Positions 58,736 to 64,000 of a stretch of DNA of 64,000 nucleotides are shown piece after piece (position 1 is the first letter of the stretch; each line of letters starts with the position of its first letter). The notes beneath the pieces are model-generated. The model did no database searches, was not told the origin of the DNA, and saw only the letters and a list, made by a program, of their open reading frames with translations. The stretch is from Candidatus Nanopelagicales bacterium. Lineage in GTDB: Bacteria; Actinomycetota; Actinomycetes; S36-B12; UBA10799. A program made the translations under genes and the position numbers. The stretch covers positions 3,279-67,278 of the forward strand of contig JAWKJM010000007.1 in assembly GCA_041393775.1 (NCBI GenBank), read 5' to 3'.

Positions 58736-59980
58736 TCAGCCGGATCCTGCCTGGACGAGTGCGGCGAGGGGTGTGTGCAGATCGGCCAGGGCTTGGAGGT
58801 CGACCTCCCGGCCGGACTCCACCAGTGCCTTGATGTCGTCGATCACGTCCCAGATGTTGACCGCCATGCCGGCCAGCACACGGCCCTGCCCCACCCAGAA
58901 TGCAACGAACTCGCCGCTGTCCGGGTCACCCCGGAAGACCACTTGGTCGTATCCTCCGGGCTCGACATGACCCGCGTACTCCATTCCGAGGTCGTACTGA
59001 TCGGTGTAGAAGTAGGGAGTCCGGTCGTAGACCGCCTCGATGCCGAGCATGGACCGGGCAGCCACCGTCGGCTGGTTGAGCGCATTCGCCCAGTGCTCCA
59101 CCCGGATGCGCTTGTTCAGTCGGGGGTGGAACGCGCTGGCGACGTCACCGGCGGCGAAGATGTCCGGGTCGGATGTCCGGAGGTGCTCGTCGACCACGAT
59201 GCCGTTGTCCACCGGGAGACCGGCCGACTCGGCCAGTTGCACGTTCGGGGTGATGCCTACGCCGATCAGCACGAGGTCCGCGGGGATGATGCTGTTGTCG
59301 GAGAGGCGCACACCGGTCACCGTGCCGTTCTCGCCGACCAGTTCCGCCACATTGACACCCAGGCGCAGGTCCACGCCGTTGCGGGTGTGTAGATCGGCGA
59401 ACACCTGCGCGACCTCGTCGCCCAGCACCCGCTGCAGGGGCAAGTCCGCCGACTCCAGGACTGTGACATCGACACCTGCGTGGCGGGCGGCCGCGGCTAC
59501 TTCCAGACCGATCCAGCCGCCGCCGATGATAGCGACGCGCCCGCCGCGTTCCAAGGCTGCGCGAATGCGCTCACTGTCTGGCAGCCGGCGCAGGTACGCG
59601 ATCCCGTCGAGGTCACTTCCGGGGATGGCCAGGGTCCGTGGTGATGAGCCGGTGGCCAGGAGTAGTTTGTCGTACCCGACGCGGGCGCCACCGGACAACA
59701 CAACCTCGTGGGCGGCACGATCGATGGCGGAGGCCGTGGCCCCCAGCCGCAGGTCCACGTTGTGCTCGGAGTACCAGTCATCATTGTGGACGAAGACCTT
59801 CTCGCGTTCGCTCTCCCCGCGGAGGAACTCCTTGGACAGCGGCGGTCTCTCGTAGGGTCGGTCTGCCTCGTCGCCGATGAGCGTGATCGCTGCGTCGAAC
59901 CCCTCCGCGCGCAGCGCCTCAGCCGCCTTTGCACCGGCGAGGCCGGCTCCCACGATGACCATGCGCGACGGGTTGCTCAT
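58736..59980 (-). CDS. FAD/NAD(P)-dependent ferredoxin reductase-like oxidoreductase
   Basis: Motifs MVIVGAGLAGAKAAE, VAIIGGGWIGLEVAA and FAAGDVA are present. A GAGGAG SD precedes ATG 59980. Confidence 0.8.
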   Translation of the reverse strand: MSNPSRMVIVGAGLAGAKAAEALRAEGFDAAITLIGDEADRPYERPPLSKEFLRGESEREKVFVHNDDWYSEHNVDLRLGATASAIDRAAHEVVLSGGARVGYDKLLLATGSSPRTLAIPGSDLDGIAYLRRLPDSERIRAALERGGRVAIIGGGWIGLEVAAAARHAGVDVTVLESADLPLQRVLGDEVAQVFADLHTRNGVDLRLGVNVAELVGENGTVTGVRLSDNSIIPADLVLIGVGITPNVQLAESAGLPVDNGIVVDEHLRTSDPDIFAAGDVASAFHPRLNKRIRVEHWANALNQPTVAARSMLGIEAVYDRTPYFYTDQYDLGMEYAGHVEPGGYDQVVFRGDPDSGEFVAFWVGQGRVLAGMAVNIWDVIDDIKALVESGREVDLQALADLHTPLAALVQAGSG

Positions 59981-60102
59981 TCTCACGACTCCTCGATTGG
60001 TCCAGAGGTTGATGGTTTCACGGGTCGGCTGTCCGCGCCACGGTCGCCCGGCGTTGATGTCCGAACGACTGGGGTCCGTCCCCTCGAGCCGCACGAAGCC
60101 CG

Positions 60103-60217
60103 GTGTGACGACGTTGTGGGGGTCCGGACCGGACTGTTACGAAGGTGCGGGGTCGCGCCGGCTCGGACCACCCACCTTCGTAACGCGACGGAGTAGTGGC
60201 AAGCACCTTCGTCACAA
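60103..60217. repeat. Family B repeat, B10
   Basis: Arms GTGTGACGACGTTG, TGTTACGAAGGTGCG, CCACCTTCGTAACG and GCACCTTCGTCACA. Confidence 0.9.
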
Positions 60218-60308
60218 TCGTGTCCACCGTCGGCTTCAACGGGTGGTCGTCAGCCCTGTGGATTGACACGAACAAGGGCTCGGCGGAAACCGGTTCCCCA
60301 GCGGCCGG

Positions 60309-60788
60309 CTAGTCCGTCTGAGAGGCGCGCCCGCCGTCAGGCGTTCCGGCCTCGCCGTGTTCATAGATGGACACGGCCTGGTCCACAGCGTCCAGCAACT
60401 CCAGGCCCGCTTCGGCGGCAGTGCGTGCCTGTGAGATCCGTTCGGCCCAGGTGGCCGTGTACGTCGGCCCCACCTTGACCATTTGGTGCACGACGGTGTT
60501 GCGGCGCTCGGCCCACTCGAGGACGCGCTGCGCGAGCTCGCTGAAGGTGTCCGGATCCATCGACCGCGAGAGTTGTGCCAGTTGCCCGAGGCTGTTCATC
60601 GCCACCTGGTCCTTGTGCATCCCCAGCAAGTCCTCGAGGCGATCGCTGATCATCGAATCCAGCACGGCCACCGCTTCGATGTAGTAGCCGGCCGCCATTG
60701 CCGTCGCAACATGCTCCCGGGCGGCTCTGTGCAACTGCGCCCGCAGTTCCTGATCGTCGCGACGGGGGGAGCGGATGGACTTCGGCAC
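60309..60788 (-). CDS. all-helical hypothetical protein with RNxxxH motif (possible HEPN fold)
   Basis: 159-aa ORF with a GTG start and no SD (possibly leaderless). WAERRNTVVHQM contains R-N-x3-H. The HEPN assignment rests on this single motif plus the helical character. Confidence 0.5.
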   Translation of the reverse strand: MPKSIRSPRRDDQELRAQLHRAAREHVATAMAAGYYIEAVAVLDSMISDRLEDLLGMHKDQVAMNSLGQLAQLSRSMDPDTFSELAQRVLEWAERRNTVVHQMVKVGPTYTATWAERISQARTAAEAGLELLDAVDQAVSIYEHGEAGTPDGGRASQTD

Positions 60789-60888
60789 TGTTGCAGGCTA
60801 AACCCGGGTGCGGCTGGGGAACGGACGGGGCCGACAGGGACCGCTTCAAGGGCGCACAATGGTTATGTGGCACTCGGTGGGAGTGGAC

Positions 60889-61284
60889 ATGGCCTTGGAG
60901 AGAGAGGTCGCGATGAATGAGAACCCCGACACGCGCAGGCAACGGGCGGCGGAAGCCCTGGCGGCGCTGGGAATGCACCGATCCGATCACCAACGACTCA
61001 GCGTCCAGTGCGCTCGCAGTCACCACCTGGCGGGCGTGTATGAGACCGACGCCGGTTTGGTCTATGCCGCGATCGAAGGCCCACACGCGCACGGGTCCCG
61101 GGACCGGGTGGACACCGCACACCATGGAGGTCCGCGCGGCACCGAATATGCAGACATGCTCGCGGGGGATGCGATGAGTGATGACGGTCTGCCTGCCTGG
61201 TGCGACTGCGGATCGCACACCCTGTCCCGGGCAGGTTTGCTCAGCGAGGTGGAGTCCGGGTCGCGAACGGTCCACATCCCCTAG
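60889..61284 (+). CDS. Cys/His-rich hypothetical protein
   Basis: QCARSHH ... WCDCGSH could form a Zn site. A GGGAG SD precedes ATG 60889; an alternative is ATG 60913. Its stop lies 7 nt upstream of the PRTase start. Confidence 0.55.
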   Translation: MALEREVAMNENPDTRRQRAAEALAALGMHRSDHQRLSVQCARSHHLAGVYETDAGLVYAAIEGPHAHGSRDRVDTAHHGGPRGTEYADMLAGDAMSDDGLPAWCDCGSHTLSRAGLLSEVESGSRTVHIP

Positions 61285-61291
61285 GCGACCC

Positions 61292-61924
61292 ATGGGATTC
61301 ACGAATCGCGACGATGCGGGCAATCGCCTCGCCGTTGCCGTAGAGCGGTTCCGCGGGGCGGACGTCGTTGTGCTCGGGCTGCCGCGAGGCGGTGTCCCTG
61401 TGGCGGCCCGAGTCGCGGCGGCTTTGGACGCTCCGCTGGACGTGATCGTGGTGCGCAAACTCGGTATGCCGGGTCAGCCCGAACTGGCGATGGGGGCCGT
61501 CGGCGAGGACGGCGTGATGGTGCTCAACGATGATGTCCTCTCGCGCGGCCGGGTCAACGCCGCGCAGTTGTCCGCAGTGCAGGCGCGGGAACGCGAGGAG
61601 GTCATCCAACGGGCACGACGGTTCCGCGGCGAGAACCGGCGGATTCCGCTCGAGGGTCGCACCGCAGTGATCGTGGACGACGGACTCGCCACAGGTGCCA
61701 CCGCCCGGGCCGCCTGCGCGGTCGCCCGGGCCCACGGGGCGGCCAGGGTGATCCTGGCAGTTCCGGTCGGGGCTGCGGACACGGTCGCCGCGCTGCAGGA
61801 TGTGGCCGACGAGGTCGTATGTCTTAGCACGCCCGCGCACTTCTGGGCGGTGGGGCAGGAGTACGAGGACTTCAGCCAGGTCCCGGACGCCGACGTAGTG
61901 CGCCTTCTGGCAGGTGGGGCCTGA
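61292..61924 (+). CDS. phosphoribosyltransferase-fold protein
   Basis: PRPP-binding loop VIVDDGLATGATARAA. The N-terminus reads FTNRDDAGNRLA...VVVLGLPRGGVPVA. Confidence 0.8.
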   Translation: MGFTNRDDAGNRLAVAVERFRGADVVVLGLPRGGVPVAARVAAALDAPLDVIVVRKLGMPGQPELAMGAVGEDGVMVLNDDVLSRGRVNAAQLSAVQAREREEVIQRARRFRGENRRIPLEGRTAVIVDDGLATGATARAACAVARAHGAARVILAVPVGAADTVAALQDVADEVVCLSTPAHFWAVGQEYEDFSQVPDADVVRLLAGGA

Positions 61925-62020
61925 TCGATTCTCGGTCGCGCCTACCAGGGCTGCTTTGTGCGGCGCCGGCGTTTGGTGGTGAGCAGGGCCCTTCAGTGTC
62001 GGTCAGGTGCCCACGTAACG

Positions 62021-62263
62021 GTCAGACATCCGCGGCGTTCAGGGCGGGCGGCTCAGGCGCGGAAGTGCCGGGCGGAGATCGCTCGCGTTAGTCCTCCTGG
62101 GCCGTGGCCTGCCGCCCGTTCAGGCGGGGAAATGCCGGGCGGAAATCGCTCGGGTTAGAGAACGTGCACGAGGTTAGAGAAGCCACACGTGCGTTCACTA
62201 ACCTCGTGCACGATCTCTAACCTCGCCGCCAACCCCTGCGGCTACCGAGTCTTCGGACTAGAC
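62021..62263 (+). repeat. Family A repeat, copy A7
   Basis: Two S-units, a core at 62154-62224, and a shortened T-unit ending CGGACTAGAC. Confidence 0.9.
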
Positions 62264-62280
62264 CCCCGGGGTACCCGGGG
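62264..62280. terminator. Short GC hairpin between convergent PRTase and cytochrome b genes
   Basis: CCCCGGG, then gta, then CCCGGGG. It lies immediately after repeat A7. Confidence 0.3.
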
Positions 62281-62310
62281 TTGGACTATCAGGGCACGGG
62301 CGCGGGGCAT

Positions 62311-62937
62311 TCAGCGCTCCTCCGGGGCCGGTGCGATCTCCGCGGCCCAGGCGCCGTGTTCGGCGTCGGCCCAGCGCCGATCGACGAATCCCGTGCGCAG
62401 ACCCCCCCTTGCTCCAGGGTCCATCCAGGCCATCCACATGTGTCCGGCGGCAACCACCGCCACTGCAGCGGCTTGCATGTCGTGGACGAAGGTTGCCCCC
62501 GTGCGCACGGTGTCGGTGAAGAATCCGAAGAAGTGCAGCATCAGTCCGGTGCCGAACAGGATCAGCACCGCACCCGCCACGAAGGCTGAGTTGAGTTTCT
62601 GCCCGGCGTTGAACTTCCCTACCGGAATCCGGCCAGTGCGCCGGTCCCGCGAACGCAGCCAGTTCCAGTCGTCGGGCACGAAACGGTTGAGCCGTCGGAC
62701 ATCATCGCGGAATGGCTGCGAGACAAACGCCCCGAGCAGCAGCGGGAGCGGCAGCAGCAGGCCAGTGATGAAGTGGATCCGGGCGACCAGGTCGCGATGT
62801 CCGACCAAGGTGCTGAGGGTGGCGAAGTAGAGCATCGCCGCGGTCAGCATGCATATCCCGAACAGCGTCGCGAGGCTGAAGTGGATCCATCGTTCGCCCT
62901 GGCTGAACCGCCGCAGGGCATCAGGCGGTCGGGGCAT
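62311..62937 (-). CDS. cytochrome b561/Ni-hydrogenase-type b cytochrome membrane subunit
   Basis: Four TM helices with RWIHF, GKFNAGQK and HDMQAA...GHMWMA. ATG 62937 overlaps the upstream Moco gene by 17 nt. Confidence 0.75.
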   Translation of the reverse strand: MPRPPDALRRFSQGERWIHFSLATLFGICMLTAAMLYFATLSTLVGHRDLVARIHFITGLLLPLPLLLGAFVSQPFRDDVRRLNRFVPDDWNWLRSRDRRTGRIPVGKFNAGQKLNSAFVAGAVLILFGTGLMLHFFGFFTDTVRTGATFVHDMQAAAVAVVAAGHMWMAWMDPGARGGLRTGFVDRRWADAEHGAWAAEIAPAPEER

Positions 62938-63628
62938 CCGTCCTCCCGTTCGACTGTCCAACCCATGCATCGACGTCGTAGCCCCGCTGCTCCCAGAAGC
63001 CGGGCACGGCTGCATCAGTCACCGTGATGCTGTCGAGCCACTTGATGGATTTGTAGAAGTACATCGGGGCGACGTACAGCCGCACGGGTCCGCCGTGGCT
63101 GTCCGAGATCTCCGACCCGTCCATCGAGGTGGCGATCAGAACGTCTGAGCGCAGTGCCTGGTCGAGGCTGAGTGATTCGGTATAGACGCCGTCCCCGGAC
63201 CCGAACTGCACCGCGCGGGCACCGCCGTCGAGCCCGAAGTGGTGGAGGACGTCGCGAACAAGGACACCGGACCACCGCACATCGTTGACGCGCCACCCGG
63301 TGACACACTGCACGTCCTTCTGGAGTTGCGTCTGCGGCAGATCCTGCAAATCTGCGAAGGACAGGACTCCGGGGCGTCTCACCAAGCCGTCCACGCGAAG
63401 ACCGTACGCTTCCGGCGCAGTCGGGGGAACCTTGCCGGCCACGGAGTAGATCCGGAAGTGCCCACTGCCGGGGACCAGACCGGACAGACCGGTGGGATCG
63501 TTCTCAGCCAGCGTGCTCAGGGCGGTGTTCACCTTGCTGCCCACGGCGATTCCGAGGGCCGCCAGCCCCAACATGCCCAGCACGATCCGGCGTCCGACCG
63601 GGGATCCGACGGTGGGGCTGTCCGGCAT
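62921..63628 (-). CDS. molybdopterin-dependent oxidoreductase (sulfite-oxidase/YedY-like catalytic subunit)
   Basis: Tat-like signal VGRRIVLGMLGLAALG. Motifs QCVTGW and GGPVRLYVAPMYFYKSIKWL are present. Confidence 0.8.
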   Translation of the reverse strand: MPDSPTVGSPVGRRIVLGMLGLAALGIAVGSKVNTALSTLAENDPTGLSGLVPGSGHFRIYSVAGKVPPTAPEAYGLRVDGLVRRPGVLSFADLQDLPQTQLQKDVQCVTGWRVNDVRWSGVLVRDVLHHFGLDGGARAVQFGSGDGVYTESLSLDQALRSDVLIATSMDGSEISDSHGGPVRLYVAPMYFYKSIKWLDSITVTDAAVPGFWEQRGYDVDAWVGQSNGRTDAPTA

Positions 63629-63790
63629 GGGGCAACTGTAGATCTGATCGCGCGCGGTGCACAGCGGTCAGCCTCGCATCTCGTCCACGGGGGCCCCGAG
63701 TGGTCTTCGCTGCTGAACCGCGGCCGCGGACTCCACAGTCGCCTCGGGGGTCCTGGTCCTCGGACACGCCGGAAGTGAGCCAGAACACAG

Positions 63791-63840
63791 TTGTAGAGAT
63801 TGATTCGTGGGGTACATTAGGTGAACGAGAGGTGAACGAA
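63791..63840 (+). promoter_or_regulatory. Promoter-like element and leader with AGGTGAACGA direct repeat
   Basis: TTGTAG (63791-96) and TACATT (63813-18) are separated by 16 nt. AGGTGAACGA then occurs twice (63819-28 and 63830-39). The stretch is locally low in GC. Confidence 0.35.
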
Positions 63841-63870
63841 AGACTGGTCACCACGAGGAGGTACCACGCG

Positions 63871-63972
63871 ATGAAGTCGATTCGTAATTGCGCCGCCGCT
63901 TTGCTGTTCCTGGACTGCGTCCCCCGCGTCTACTGGGCAGAGGTGGTCAGCGAGCGCTCCAAGCACGCTTGA
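63871..63972 (+). CDS. 33-aa small ORF (not in the ORF track)
   Basis: It reads MKSIRNCAAALLFLDCVPRVYWAEVVSERSKHA. A GAGGAGG SD lies 9 nt upstream. Third-position GC is high, and a promoter-like low-GC leader precedes it. Confidence 0.35.
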   Translation: MKSIRNCAAALLFLDCVPRVYWAEVVSERSKHA

Positions 63973-64000
63973 TCGTCACCGAGACCTGCGCCCCCGTGTT

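Overview
This is a high-GC, Actinomycetota-type chromosomal segment. GC content was judged by eye, not computed. The taxonomic call rests on an F420/LLM-type oxidoreductase, WS/DGAT, FixABCX, DUF2510 and SHOCT proteins, and many GTG starts with 4-nt start/stop overlaps. I support about 55 protein-coding genes. By eye I found no rRNA, tRNA, CRISPR array, transposase, integrase or reverse transcriptase.

Gene content, in order along the window:
- A giant multidomain acyl-CoA carboxylase-like gene and a convergent Sfp-type PPTase.
- An MFS exporter.
- An AraC-controlled cupin dioxygenase/ADH pair.
- fixAB, an FRD-like flavoprotein, then fixCX.
- Several lipases/esterases and small secreted proteins.
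- A GntR-desaturase pair divergent from a beta-lactamase-family operon.
- An envelope cluster: small membrane protein, CPBP protease, Zn-metallopeptidase lipoprotein, a 996-aa polytopic protein that looks like a split alpha/beta hydrolase, and DUF4389.
- A multicopper oxidase.
- An FAD-linked oxidase/FGGY kinase pair, crotonase, WS/DGAT, a DEAD-box helicase and a ferredoxin reductase.
- A possible HEPN-like protein divergent from a Cys/His protein and a PRTase.
- A Moco oxidoreductase/cytochrome b pair.

The most unusual signal is non-coding. Two unrelated, very dense families of interspersed palindromic repeats fill most intergenic gaps:
- Family A has 7 copies. It is a modular mosaic built from about 35 iterations of the 13-mer CGAGGTTAGAGAA, plus tandem 55-68 bp and ~47 bp units.
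- Family B has 10 copies. It is a ~120-bp four-arm element built on TGTGACGAAGGTGCG.

I do not recognise either family. One family A copy sits exactly at the broken end of a truncated gene.

Other observations:
- A 54-bp operator-like element with four GGTCA half-sites occurs at two loci.
- A 22-bp perfect palindrome lies upstream of the SnoaL-like gene.
- AraC-style direct repeats sit at the regulator's own start.
- Unannotated small ORFs are coupled to neighbouring genes.
- Two to three genes carry apparent frameshifts; these may be homopolymer indel errors.

All functional calls come from motif reading and recall of protein families. No database search was run.
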